In this document: piece after piece, positions 1 through 9,936 of the stretch
Layout: each line of letters opens with the position of its first letter
Position numbering within the stretch: position 1 is the stretch's first letter
From: Promethearchaeota archaeon
GTDB taxonomy: Archaea; Asgardarchaeota; Lokiarchaeia; Sigyniarchaeales; SOKP01
Length of the DNA stretch: 64,000 bases
Reading direction: 5' to 3'
Assembly (NCBI GenBank): GCA_048938855.1
Contig: JBHLLT010000002.1
Span: 384,001 to 448,000 of the forward strand
Program-made: the position numbers and the translations under genes
Notes under the pieces: generated by a model
Told to the model about the DNA's origin: nothing
The model's database searches: none
Seen by the model: the letters and a program-made list of their open reading frames with translations, nothing else

Positions 1-1
1 A

Positions 2-2152
2 GTAAAGATATTTGGAGTTTCTGTCAAAAAACCTTCGGTATTTAAGAATACTATCAAAGAAGTCGATGAAATCGGTTTTTTTACATTATACAATACTGAT
101 CTTCCAATTTCTCAAATGTACTTCTATGTTAATGACTTGTTCCCGATGTCTCTATGCAATTTTAGAGTTAAAATTGAAAATAAGGGAAGATCTGAAGTAC
201 CAGTAATGCGTTTGATATCATTAGAGTTGAATGATGACAACGAAGAACTGTTTTATGAACTACCCCCTCTAAAAGCTGTATGGCTGGATATTAAAGTGCA
301 ACAGCGTGGGATGAAATCGTATTATAATGATTCTCTCCTATATGCTGAAGTTAGCATAGTTGAAAATGATGAGAAAGCTAACATTCCAAGAGCAGATGGG
401 CAGAAAAAAAACAAGATCTTAATAGATAAAGCAGATGAAGCCGAAACCATAAAAACAATAAGCAAAGTAATTGAGCGATTGGATCCTGACATTATATTAA
501 CACATGGAGGAGATGAATTTGTATTTCCGTACTTAGTTGCTCGAGCATCAGTGAATCGAGTTTCAAAGGATCTCTATCTCTCTCGGACAAAAACGCCTCT
601 CAAAAATTGCATCTTTAATCTTTCTGGAAACTCAGAGCATTACATGTCATATGGAATAATAATGAGGCGCTCCAAAACTCAAGTCTATTTAACAGGGCGG
701 TTTCACCTAGACACAACAACTTATGGCAGTCTACATTTTAGTGAGGGGAATATACCAGGAGTAATAGAAGTTGCAAGAGTATCCCGAGTTCCTATGCAAA
801 GACTCTGTAGAGTAACTATTGGTGGTGCACTGCAATCAATACAATATTATAATGCATACAAACTAGATCATCTTATCCCGCCATTTAAGAAAAGTCCGGA
901 AAGTTTTCGAAATGGTATGGAATTGATAATAAATGATAGGGGAGGGCATATATTTGAACCATTAATTGGGGTTTTTGATCAAGTTGTAGAATTAGACTTT
1001 TCTTCAATGTATCCGTCGCTAATGGCAAATTTTAACATTTCTCCGGAAACTATTAACTGTAAATGCTGTAAAGATGACGGTACAGGAATTAAAGTACCCG
1101 GTACAAAATTTCATATATGCACAAAAAGGCAGGGCATCATTTCTAAATCAATTAGCTTGCCACTTAGAAAACGATTAGAATGCAAAGAATATAACAAGAC
1201 TCATGATGATATTCGATACAAATTCACCGATATTGCTTTAAAATGGGTACTTGTTGTAAGTTTTGGATATTTAGGTTTTAAAAATGCTCGTTTCGGTAAA
1301 ATTGAGGCACATCAAACGGTTTGTGCTTTTGCACGTGAGTTTTTATTGAGATCTACTGAGATTGCAAAAAGTTATGGCTGTAAGGTTGTCCATGGAATTG
1401 TTGATTCTATGTGGCTTCAAGATACGAAAGGAAGAACTCCAGAGGAATTTGAAATAGTAACAAAAAAGATTGCAAAAGAAATTTCTGACACAACGAACAT
1501 TCCAATGAGTTGGGACGGACAGTTTAATGTCATTGTCTTTTTACCTTCTCGAGCAGAACCAGATGTTCCAGCACTTAGTCACTATTGGGGGATAAAGACT
1601 AATGGCGAAGTGAAAGTGAGGGGTATTGAAGTGAGACGCAGAGATATGCCCAAAATTGTGAAAGATGCACAGTATGCGTTTATTGATATATTTAAAGGAG
1701 CAAAGACCGTTGATGAATTCAAAAAAAGAATACCAGAAGCAAAGAAAAAACTATTTGAATACGTGGAGAGGGTTTACTCAGGAGAAATCTCTCGTGATGA
1801 ACTCACGATAAAGCAAAAGATCTCTCGAAGTCCAAATCAATATAAGGTAAATTCATACCAAGCGGTTGCTGCTAGACAGTTAGAACGATCGGGTATTATA
1901 GCGTCCGCAGGAAAAAATGTGAGGTACATTATTCTTAATGCTGATGCGGATCCGAATTTTCCTGAAAAAAAAGTTATCCTTTCAGCTTTATATGACGAAA
2001 AAAGACATGATTACGACAGAAAGAAGTATGTAGAACTTCTGAAAAGAGCTTTTGAAAGCATTTTTCCTTTTGAATTCCCGGAACTTGAAGAATTGTTGAG
2101 TTCAGATTACAATAAAAAATCTCTTCAAAAAGATTTGTCATGTTTCATTTAA
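2..2152 (+). CDS. polB2: Family B DNA polymerase, PolB2 group (5' end outside the window)
   Basis: Frame is open from position 2 (VKIFGVSVKK...LYNTDLPISQMYF). Motif A DFSSMYPS, motif B ALKWVLVVSFGYLG, motif C altered to HGIVDS, degenerate exonuclease motifs (DIK, HGGDEF), C-terminal PIP-like QKDLSCFI. Confidence 0.9.
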   Translation, partial: VKIFGVSVKKPSVFKNTIKEVDEIGFFTLYNTDLPISQMYFYVNDLFPMSLCNFRVKIENKGRSEVPVMRLISLELNDDNEELFYELPPLKAVWLDIKVQQRGMKSYYNDSLLYAEVSIVENDEKANIPRADGQKKNKILIDKADEAETIKTISKVIERLDPDIILTHGGDEFVFPYLVARASVNRVSKDLYLSRTKTPLKNCIFNLSGNSEHYMSYGIIMRRSKTQVYLTGRFHLDTTTYGSLHFSEGNIPGVIEVARVSRVPMQRLCRVTIGGALQSIQYYNAYKLDHLIPPFKKSPESFRNGMELIINDRGGHIFEPLIGVFDQVVELDFSSMYPSLMANFNISPETINCKCCKDDGTGIKVPGTKFHICTKRQGIISKSISLPLRKRLECKEYNKTHDDIRYKFTDIALKWVLVVSFGYLGFKNARFGKIEAHQTVCAFAREFLLRSTEIAKSYGCKVVHGIVDSMWLQDTKGRTPEEFEIVTKKIAKEISDTTNIPMSWDGQFNVIVFLPSRAEPDVPALSHYWGIKTNGEVKVRGIEVRRRDMPKIVKDAQYAFIDIFKGAKTVDEFKKRIPEAKKKLFEYVERVYSGEISRDELTIKQKISRSPNQYKVNSYQAVAARQLERSGIIASAGKNVRYIILNADADPNFPEKKVILSALYDEKRHDYDRKKYVELLKRAFESIFPFEFPELEELLSSDYNKKSLQKDLSCFI

Positions 2153-2169
2153 TATAAATAAAAAAAAGA

Positions 2170-2715
2170 TTAGGGAATTACAAGTATCCCAAAAAAATCA
2201 CATACTATTATTATTAAACAGATCAATTCTAATAAAATCCAGAGATTGCGTTTTAAATTTCTAATCGCTCCTAGTGGTTTACCAGCATAGTTGATTATAT
2301 TATATATAAAAATTAGTACCCAAGTAGTTATCAAAAATGTAATTGGTAATATCAATGTGATTAAATGAAGACCTATATAAGTGAGTAGGTATTTATAACC
2401 CAGAATTGTAAATCCTGTTAAAACTAAAGTAAAACCAAGTCCAAATGAATATTCTGCGAATGTTACAAATCGATTAATGCGGGTTTCAGAGACATTACCT
2501 TGATTTGCTTCAAACTGAGCTTTGGAATTAACAGATACAGAATTAACAAAAAAGATAAATGAAACCATTAACAAAAATGTACTTGTAACTATTCCATTTG
2601 CAGGTGGAACTTGCCAAATTAAAGCCAAAATCGTCAAAACCGCACCCATCATCACTGTACTTAGCACTATCCAATCTCTTACGTTTATTTTTTGCTTACG
2701 CTCTTCATTACTCAT
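2170..2715 (-). CDS. Hypothetical integral membrane protein (about 5 TM helices)
   Basis: 181-aa ORF with long hydrophobic runs; no recognised motif. Confidence 0.7.
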   Translation of the reverse strand: MSNEERKQKINVRDWIVLSTVMMGAVLTILALIWQVPPANGIVTSTFLLMVSFIFFVNSVSVNSKAQFEANQGNVSETRINRFVTFAEYSFGLGFTLVLTGFTILGYKYLLTYIGLHLITLILPITFLITTWVLIFIYNIINYAGKPLGAIRNLKRNLWILLELICLIIIVCDFFGILVIP

Positions 2716-2821
2716 TTTCTTAGTCTCAAAAATTTTTAGTTAATTAAGATTACTTGAGACTTAAAATTTAAAGATTATCATACAATCTATCAACGATAAA
2801 ATAAAAAAAGAAAGTAAAAGT

Positions 2822-3454
2822 TTATTTAAAAGGCTGTCTAATGACAGTTTTCATGTTTTCTGGTGTAGCTTTTCGTGGATCACTAAGATAGATTTCATGA
2901 TGTTTTTGATTGTGCCCATCAAAAGTCCCACCAATTGATTCAATAAATTTGTGTACTTTTTCAACAGTTGGACCTTCTTCAGAATAAGGGCCAATATGCA
3001 TTATCTGTGCTACTTTTCCTTCTTTATATGATTGAAGATAAAGTTTTGAAATTTTGTCTTTAAGTTCTGGTTTCTTTTCTACTGTAATTTTAATTGCCTC
3101 GTCAATCATCTCTTGAGTTATCCAATCAGGTTGCATAATCATCATAATCCACTTCCATTTATCTCGATTTCCCTTTGTAAAATCGTCCATATTATCAGCC
3201 CACCAGAGACCTTCTAAAGGAGGCACGACATAGTCTTTCCCTTTTGCCTTACTCAAGAATTTTGTTTTGAACGCAATTGGATATAACACAGCTAGAGCAT
3301 CTTGATACTCTTGTGAATCACCTGGGGATCCCATTCCATCAATCATTAAGAATTGCATTTCAGGAACTTCAACCATTACTACTTTCTGAGCATTTGGATT
3401 ATAAAATTCTTTCATTGATTTTTTAAAATCTACTTTCATTGGAATAATATTCAC
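2822..3454 (-). CDS. GyrI-like small-molecule-binding domain protein
   Basis: VPPLEGLWW, HIGPYSEE and HHEIYLSDPRK motifs. True start may be the ATG at 3439. Confidence 0.85.
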   Translation of the reverse strand: MNIIPMKVDFKKSMKEFYNPNAQKVVMVEVPEMQFLMIDGMGSPGDSQEYQDALAVLYPIAFKTKFLSKAKGKDYVVPPLEGLWWADNMDDFTKGNRDKWKWIMMIMQPDWITQEMIDEAIKITVEKKPELKDKISKLYLQSYKEGKVAQIMHIGPYSEEGPTVEKVHKFIESIGGTFDGHNQKHHEIYLSDPRKATPENMKTVIRQPFK

Positions 3455-3468
3455 CTTTAAAATTTATT

Positions 3469-3783
3469 TTAAATATTTGAAGCTATTACTTCTCCAATCC
3501 ATTCCTTTACATTTGAACAAACTTTTGAAGCTTCTTCTATTGTCATTGCCATTTCTTCAGGAGGATCTATCTTAAAGAAACTGTCTATATCGGGAATTTC
3601 AAAATATCCGATATATTGAGGAATATTATCTCCTCTTAATGTCGCTTTTTGCTTAAATAATTGCCAATTTTTACAGTATTTTGACATTATAGGTATACCA
3701 TAGTTTTTCATATACTCTACAAATTTCTTTTCATTCTTCTGTAAAACTTCAAACGAATAGAAGAACTTAGCAATTTTAGTCAA
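3469..3783 (-). CDS. Hypothetical protein, possibly dimeric alpha/beta barrel (EthD-like)
   Basis: 104-aa ORF tightly packed in the operon; PQYIGYFEIPDID resembles the EthD/ABM pattern. Confidence 0.55.
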   Translation of the reverse strand: MTKIAKFFYSFEVLQKNEKKFVEYMKNYGIPIMSKYCKNWQLFKQKATLRGDNIPQYIGYFEIPDIDSFFKIDPPEEMAMTIEEASKVCSNVKEWIGEVIASNI

Positions 3784-3808
3784 GTTTTAACATACCTTAT
3801 TTTTTAAT

Positions 3809-3940
3809 TTATTCTCGTGGCTGAAAGCTGTTTGTAGGGCATTTATTTGTATCTAACGTTGCAGGAACTTCATGCCCAAAACAATCTCCTTTCATCTCAT
3901 CTATAGGTTTGTAATATTTGCAATCTTTACATTGAGCCAT
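3809..3940 (-). CDS. 43-aa four-cysteine peptide (BssC/HpdC-like Fe-S or metal-binding), not in the ORF track
   Basis: Reads MAQCKDCKYYKPIDEMKGDCFGHEVPATLDTNKCPTNSFQPRE with an ATG start and SD-like GGGATGAT upstream; first gene of the minus-strand operon. Confidence 0.75.
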   Translation of the reverse strand: MAQCKDCKYYKPIDEMKGDCFGHEVPATLDTNKCPTNSFQPRE

Positions 3941-3989
3941 TTTATTTGATCATCCCAAAATTATTTCTTAGTTATTATATATAAGTATG

Positions 3990-4047
3990 ATTTGTGACAA
4001 TAAGAAACTTATTATTTTACAAAGATTATTTAAGTCATGTCACAAAT
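3990..4047. promoter_or_regulatory. 10-bp inverted repeat in the divergent promoter, candidate TrmB-type operator
   Basis: ATTTGTGACA (3990-3999) and TGTCACAAAT (4038-4047). Confidence 0.5.
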
Positions 4048-4086
4048 TACTATACTATCGAATAACGATAAATATCTCATTATAAG

Positions 4087-5100
4087 ATGAACTCGCAAAT
4101 TCTTGCTTTTCTTAAAGAAATTGGATTTTCTGATATTCAAATAGATATTTACAAATATTTTTTGATGTATAAAACTGGCACTATTAATGATATTAAAACG
4201 GAACTTAATTATTCATATACCCAAGTATATCATAACCTTCTTTATCTAGGAAATAGAAACCTTATAGAATCCTCAAATGAATCAAAACCAAAATTATATT
4301 TTAGAGTCAATCCAAAAATAGCATTGACAAAATTAGTTACCAAGAAAATAAACAATCTTAAATACAATATTGAGAAAATTGATGAGGAGCTTAAAGCTCA
4401 AGAAAGTAAGTTTGGAAGATGTTTGAAGGATATTAGTTTCTATCATTATTCTGATGTTAACCTTGCTTATGAAAACTTTTACAATTTGTTTGAAACAAGT
4501 CAAAAAGAAATTATATTAACTTCATTACCCCCCTCAATGCTAAAAAAACTTGAACCTAGTCTATATGAGGCGTATAGGAGAGGGATTGAAATTAAGTTCT
4601 ACTTTTCTTTAGCAGATTTTGAAGAAATCTCTAATTATCTTGAAATTATTACAGATATCCTAAAAAAAATCAAAATTGAATTAATTCAAACAGAACAAAA
4701 AACTTGCCAAGTTATTAAATACAACGATGAAATAGTAAATATGGGTAATATCCTTTTAGATGAGAATTATTTGAACTCAATTGTTTTTAAAGAAGATGAA
4801 GCATTTCATTTTGATGGTTTTCGAAGTCCTTTTGCAAAACAAGCGAAAAATTACTTAGAAGTATTAACTGTTGTTAAGAGAATAGAAATTGAGTATCCTG
4901 AACCAATTAAGAAAATATTGAATACAATTAAGGAAACCAAAATTATTAAAACTAGAGATCTTAGTAGTAAATCGAAATTAGGTGGAGCAAAATTAAAAGA
5001 AATCCTAGGATTCTTAGTAGATGAAGGATTAATTAAAGAAACTATAATTAAAGGAGAAAATGCCGGTCGACCAAAAAGAGTATACTCCTTAGTAAGTTAA
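4087..5100 (+). CDS. TrmB-family transcriptional regulator with an extra C-terminal HTH
   Basis: N-terminal wHTH (YTQVYHNLLYL...KPKLYFRVNP), coiled coil, sensing domain (EAYRRGIEIK), C-terminal GRPKRVY wing. Confidence 0.8.
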   Translation: MNSQILAFLKEIGFSDIQIDIYKYFLMYKTGTINDIKTELNYSYTQVYHNLLYLGNRNLIESSNESKPKLYFRVNPKIALTKLVTKKINNLKYNIEKIDEELKAQESKFGRCLKDISFYHYSDVNLAYENFYNLFETSQKEIILTSLPPSMLKKLEPSLYEAYRRGIEIKFYFSLADFEEISNYLEIITDILKKIKIELIQTEQKTCQVIKYNDEIVNMGNILLDENYLNSIVFKEDEAFHFDGFRSPFAKQAKNYLEVLTVVKRIEIEYPEPIKKILNTIKETKIIKTRDLSSKSKLGGAKLKEILGFLVDEGLIKETIIKGENAGRPKRVYSLVS

Positions 5101-5328
5101 TATTCTTATTAACTTATATATAATTCATTTTTGTCGGATACATCCTTTGTAAAGAAAATATAAAAGTTTTCCTATTAATATCTTTGTTAAATATATTATT
5201 TCGTTCTTTTGGAGCGAATTTTAGAATATAATGCTCAAATCTAAATATACAAATTTGTATTATTTTTCCAGAATTAGAAAACTGATAGTCTGTATTGGTT
5301 TATTTTAAATAAGATTAAATATAAAATT

Positions 5329-5487
5329 ATGTCAAAAGCAGTTTCTTATTATGATTGGGAATTATCATTTAAGACCAAATCTAATAAGGATCAGACGGAA
5401 CACAAAGAAAATTTTAATTCTCTAGGAATTTCTGATAACAATTTCAAGGATTTTATAAAAACATGGAAAGAAAAAAACCTTTCTTAA
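5329..5487 (+). CDS. Putative 52-aa small protein, not in the ORF track
   Basis: MSKAVSYYDWELSFKTKSNKDQTEHKENFNSLGISDNNFKDFIKTWKEKNLS; TTTTAAATA TATA-like element about 20-25 nt upstream, compatible with a leaderless transcript. Confidence 0.45.
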   Translation: MSKAVSYYDWELSFKTKSNKDQTEHKENFNSLGISDNNFKDFIKTWKEKNLS

Positions 5488-5518
5488 ATTTCAGTTTCTT
5501 AAGGCATTAAACATATCG

Positions 5519-8110
5519 TTATTCAATTATATCATAACGATAGAAAAGTTTGACTATCAGTCTTATAAACCAAAAATATCTTTTAGGAATTTTACTAATT
5601 AAAGTATTCAAAAATGGGAAATTTTCATCAGAGTTAGATGGTAAATTTTTCTCGAAATTAGGCCAATTTAACCCACCTGTTGCCTTAGGTGGTTTACCAA
5701 AGCTTTTAACATTTTTCCAGTCATTTTTATTTGTTTTTGACCCCAACCATGTTGTATCCGTTTTAATATAGATTAATTCATTTGATTCAAATTTTATTAT
5801 ACCAAATACATTTATAGGGCCGATACCTCCTATGTAATCAAAATTCTCAATTAATATCACATTTTCCCCTTTTATTAGATAATCCTTAATATCAAATATT
5901 TGTATATTGTTTTCAATCCCAACAAAATTTAATGTTCTTCTTGTAATCACATGCCCAATATATTCATTATTTATATAAACTTTCGCGAAACACCCTGCTA
6001 TTACTTGTAAATAAGCCTGACTGATTTCTTCGTCAATATGAATATGCTTTTTATAATATGTTGTATGAACGTCATGTATGTAATTTGAATTAAAATAAAT
6101 CAGTTCACTTGGGATGTTAGGATCTTCCCATTGACTATTAGTCTTAAGCTTATTTAATTTATCATCGTAAAATTGCATTAACCATAAATATTTTTGCTTG
6201 ATTGATTTAAATCCTTCTTTCTTAGAGGATTTTAGCCATAATATTTCATGCTCTTCTAATAAATCTATCAAATCTTCTTTTAGATCTTTAATTTCTTTTA
6301 TCAATCGATCTTTTCGATTTTTCTTACTTTTAAATAAATATTCAATAGAATTTTTCGAATTTACTCTTTTTTTACAATAAAATTTTAAATTTTTAGCAAC
6401 AAAAGCGAGACTCCTAATATTTATTTTATTTTTGGGGATAATATTCTCTAATTCTTCACACTTTTTAATTATTTCATCCATATCTGAGATTAGTTTGCCA
6501 AAACCCTTAACTTTTATATTCTTTTTGTACTTAGAAGTTTTCTTATTAAATGGATGAGCAAAAAAATGATTATAATAACCTGATGGTCTGGTATGTAATA
6601 ATCTTTTATCTTGAATTAACCTCAACTTGCTAAAAATTTCAACCAATCGACGATCATCAATTCCAAAGAAATGAATAAATAGACTTTTCCAAAATTTAAA
6701 CTGATTAATTTCTCTTAATGGATTCCAACCTATCATACCAGAGAAAATAAAACCATAAATTCTGTTCTCTCGAATTTCTTTGTTTCTATAATCACCCCAA
6801 CTTGATGTGATTTCTCCAATTATCCCTTTTTCATAACCATACTTAATTAAATTTGCGATATTTTTTTCGTATTTATCGATTGATGGAAAAAATCGATTGA
6901 AATCCATTATTGAAGGACTAACTATTATTGGAAAACCAAATTTATTAATTTCTTTTAATATAGGATATTTTTCTTTCACATTATAATTCCAATATACTAT
7001 AATCATATCTTTAGGTAAATTTTTGAGGAGTTTCTTCAATGTATATAGAGTATCATGGTAGATAACAATTTTTTGATATCCATATTTTTTAACGATTTTA
7101 TAAACTTTTTTATAATGATTAAGATAAGCATTTTCAATACCAATTTCATTTATATATTGTTTCGAATTTTCTCGTCCAACATCTAAACTTTCATCGCCTC
7201 CAATATGAAAATATTCAGATGTAAAAACTTCACTTAGTTCACCGATCATACCATCTAAAATTTCATATATTTCCTTATTTGCAATATTTAAACTGTTTGA
7301 ACCTGGAAATTCTCCATACTTCCAATATTTAGGACTATGTAAAATATTATCCCAATTTCCTAATGTTTGAAAGACAGGAATCAGTTCCACAAACCATTTT
7401 TTTGCATATTCGATTAAATTTTTTAATTCTTCTTTAGAATAGGCGCCTCTATCTTTTCCAATATCGGGATAATTTTTAAAGCTAAACATGTCTAACATAA
7501 ACGCTAAATAATATTGATTTACTTTATAACAGCTTAAAGTCTTGATAAATTTCTTCAAATTTTCAATTGTAGGTGCTTGACCTCTTGAAATATCATCAGA
7601 GATGCCACGAATTTGTAAAGAAGGAAAATCTAAAATTCTTAAATTATTAATTGAGAGCTTATCACTAGACGAATTTAATAATTGAAGAAAAGTTTGAACT
7701 CCATAATAGAATCCTTGTAAAAATTTTGCTTTTATAATTACTTTAGAATCTCTAGCGATTAAGAGATATCCTTGATTTTCGTATAACTTCTTCTTTTTAG
7801 TTTCATTATAAAGCGATTCTGGAAAAATAGAGATACTCTCATCTAAAAATAAATTTATCTTTGGAAAATTATCAGGATCTTGAACTTTAATAACTTCTAT
7901 ATTCTTATTAAAACTAGAAGAGGCTAAAGATTCTTGTATTTGTTGTATAATATAATTATTTTTTTCAGATAAATCGGTATACAATTTCGAAAATTCATTA
8001 ATTTTCATTTTTTGAGAATTATCAATCTTAATGTATTGAGGAGAAGGAATTATAAATAATTCTTCTTTTGTCACTTCAGTTTGAACTAAATTATCTAAAT
8101 AAAGGAACAT
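5519..8110 (-). CDS. Glycoside hydrolase family 20 (beta-N-acetylhexosaminidase-like) with a C-terminal beta-sandwich domain
   Basis: [17 protein letters not shown], catalytic HIGGDE, TSSWGD. Confidence 0.9.
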   Translation of the reverse strand: MFLYLDNLVQTEVTKEELFIIPSPQYIKIDNSQKMKINEFSKLYTDLSEKNNYIIQQIQESLASSSFNKNIEVIKVQDPDNFPKINLFLDESISIFPESLYNETKKKKLYENQGYLLIARDSKVIIKAKFLQGFYYGVQTFLQLLNSSSDKLSINNLRILDFPSLQIRGISDDISRGQAPTIENLKKFIKTLSCYKVNQYYLAFMLDMFSFKNYPDIGKDRGAYSKEELKNLIEYAKKWFVELIPVFQTLGNWDNILHSPKYWKYGEFPGSNSLNIANKEIYEILDGMIGELSEVFTSEYFHIGGDESLDVGRENSKQYINEIGIENAYLNHYKKVYKIVKKYGYQKIVIYHDTLYTLKKLLKNLPKDMIIVYWNYNVKEKYPILKEINKFGFPIIVSPSIMDFNRFFPSIDKYEKNIANLIKYGYEKGIIGEITSSWGDYRNKEIRENRIYGFIFSGMIGWNPLREINQFKFWKSLFIHFFGIDDRRLVEIFSKLRLIQDKRLLHTRPSGYYNHFFAHPFNKKTSKYKKNIKVKGFGKLISDMDEIIKKCEELENIIPKNKINIRSLAFVAKNLKFYCKKRVNSKNSIEYLFKSKKNRKDRLIKEIKDLKEDLIDLLEEHEILWLKSSKKEGFKSIKQKYLWLMQFYDDKLNKLKTNSQWEDPNIPSELIYFNSNYIHDVHTTYYKKHIHIDEEISQAYLQVIAGCFAKVYINNEYIGHVITRRTLNFVGIENNIQIFDIKDYLIKGENVILIENFDYIGGIGPINVFGIIKFESNELIYIKTDTTWLGSKTNKNDWKNVKSFGKPPKATGGLNWPNFEKNLPSNSDENFPFLNTLISKIPKRYFWFIRLIVKLFYRYDIIE

Positions 8111-8173
8111 AATTTTAATTAAAAAAGATTAAAAAATTTAGCTAAATAAAGGAAAATTAATTTTCTTTTAAAT

Positions 8174-9859
8174 TTATACTTCTTCTCCTCGCCTTTTGGC
8201 CTCAATTTCCTTTAGGTCTTTCCTAAGCACTTTACCTACAAGAGTCTCTGGCAACTCTTTTCTATATTCGATATGTTTTGGTACTTTATAGGGTGCTACG
8301 TTTTTCCTGCAAAATTCTCTTAATTCATTTGTCATTTCTTCACTTTCCATAAAACCATCTTTTAAAACTATATATGCCTTAACATGTTCACTACCTGGGA
8401 TTTTCGGATTGGGGATTCCAATAATAGCAACATTTTCAACAGCTTCGTGTTCAAATAAGACATCTTCAAGTTCCCTTGGATATACTTTAAACCCACTAAC
8501 ATTTATCATATCTTTTTTTCTGTCAACAATGTAGAAGTAACCATCTTCGTCCATTTTTCCAATATCACCTGTTAACAACCAACCATCTTTAATTTGATTC
8601 TCAGTAGCATCTGGTTTATTCCAATATCCTTTCATCACTTGAGGGCCTTTTATTATAATTTCTCCTTCTTGACCAAGCGGCATAATTTTTGTATAGTCAT
8701 CAATATTAACTATTTTTACTACTGTATCAGGAATAGGCATTCCGACAGAACCGACTTTTCTTGTACCGATAAATGGATTACTATTTGTTACAGGTGAAGA
8801 TTCTGTTAAACCATAACCTTCAAGAATTTTACCACCAGTTCTCTCTTCAAATTCTTTCTGAACTTCCGGTGGCATTGGAGCTGCTCCAGTATTGCAAATC
8901 CTAATAGATTTCAAATCTTTAGCATAGTCTTCAAGATCGTCTCGTTCTAGCAAACGCATATACATCGTTGGAACACCTGGAAACATTGTAGGTTTCGTAG
9001 ATTTTATTAATTCGAATAAAGATTTTTGATCTCTTGGATCAGGATTTAGAGCTATTGTCGATCCGTTATAAATATGTAAATTCATACATACAGTTTGACC
9101 ATAAATATGAAATAATGGTAAATTTGTTAAAATGGTTTCTTTTCCTCTTCTAAAGTCTTCTCCACCCCACGCAACTACAGCCATACAGTTCGAGACAAGA
9201 TTATAATGAGTAAGCATTGCTCCTTTTGGTAATCCTGTTGTACCTCCCGTATATTGAAGGCATGCGGGATCTTCTTTTGCTTTAATTTCAAATTGAGGAG
9301 GGTTAGGTTTAGTACTATTAATTAAATTAAGAAATTGCAAAGTTCCTGCGATTTCTGGGGGATTTCTTGAAGCCATTGGTGCATAATCAAAGATATTGGT
9401 AACAATGATATGCCTAAGGCGCGTACGTTCCTTTATTTTATTGATCTTCTCTATTTGATTATCCCAAGCAATAATAATCTCAGCTCCAGAATCATTTAAT
9501 TGGTAAGCGAGTTCATGTTCAGTGTGTAAAACTGAACAAGCAGTGACAATACCACCAGCTTTCAATATTCCATAATAACCAATTATAAATTGAGGAAAAT
9601 TTGGAATCATTAATGCAACAACTTGTCCTTTTTTTAACCCCAAATTAACTAAGGCAGTTGCGAGTCTTTCTGCAATGTCTTTTAACTTTTTATAAGAAAT
9701 TTTATTCTTCATAAACCAGATTGCAGTTCTACTTCCAAATTCATTTGTTGAATTGTCGAGAAATTTATAGATATTCATTTCAGGATAATCAATACTACTA
9801 GGGACTCCTTTATCATAATTTTTTAACCAAGGCTTTTCAGCATAAGGGTCTTCACTCAT
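8174..9859 (-). CDS. fadD: Long-chain fatty-acid--CoA ligase
   Basis: YTGGTTGLPKG, EGYGLTE, TGDIG, DRKKDMI, GKVLR. Confidence 0.9.
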   Translation of the reverse strand: MSEDPYAEKPWLKNYDKGVPSSIDYPEMNIYKFLDNSTNEFGSRTAIWFMKNKISYKKLKDIAERLATALVNLGLKKGQVVALMIPNFPQFIIGYYGILKAGGIVTACSVLHTEHELAYQLNDSGAEIIIAWDNQIEKINKIKERTRLRHIIVTNIFDYAPMASRNPPEIAGTLQFLNLINSTKPNPPQFEIKAKEDPACLQYTGGTTGLPKGAMLTHYNLVSNCMAVVAWGGEDFRRGKETILTNLPLFHIYGQTVCMNLHIYNGSTIALNPDPRDQKSLFELIKSTKPTMFPGVPTMYMRLLERDDLEDYAKDLKSIRICNTGAAPMPPEVQKEFEERTGGKILEGYGLTESSPVTNSNPFIGTRKVGSVGMPIPDTVVKIVNIDDYTKIMPLGQEGEIIIKGPQVMKGYWNKPDATENQIKDGWLLTGDIGKMDEDGYFYIVDRKKDMINVSGFKVYPRELEDVLFEHEAVENVAIIGIPNPKIPGSEHVKAYIVLKDGFMESEEMTNELREFCRKNVAPYKVPKHIEYRKELPETLVGKVLRKDLKEIEAKRRGEEV

Positions 9860-9936
9860 TTCTATATTACCTTTTTAATTTTTCATATTTTTTATGTTAT
9901 AAAATTAAATAATTTGATATTGACTAATTAATTTTC

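Noticed and set aside
12-206. 64-aa ORF at the window start
   Set aside because: Out-of-frame overlap with the open PolB2 frame.
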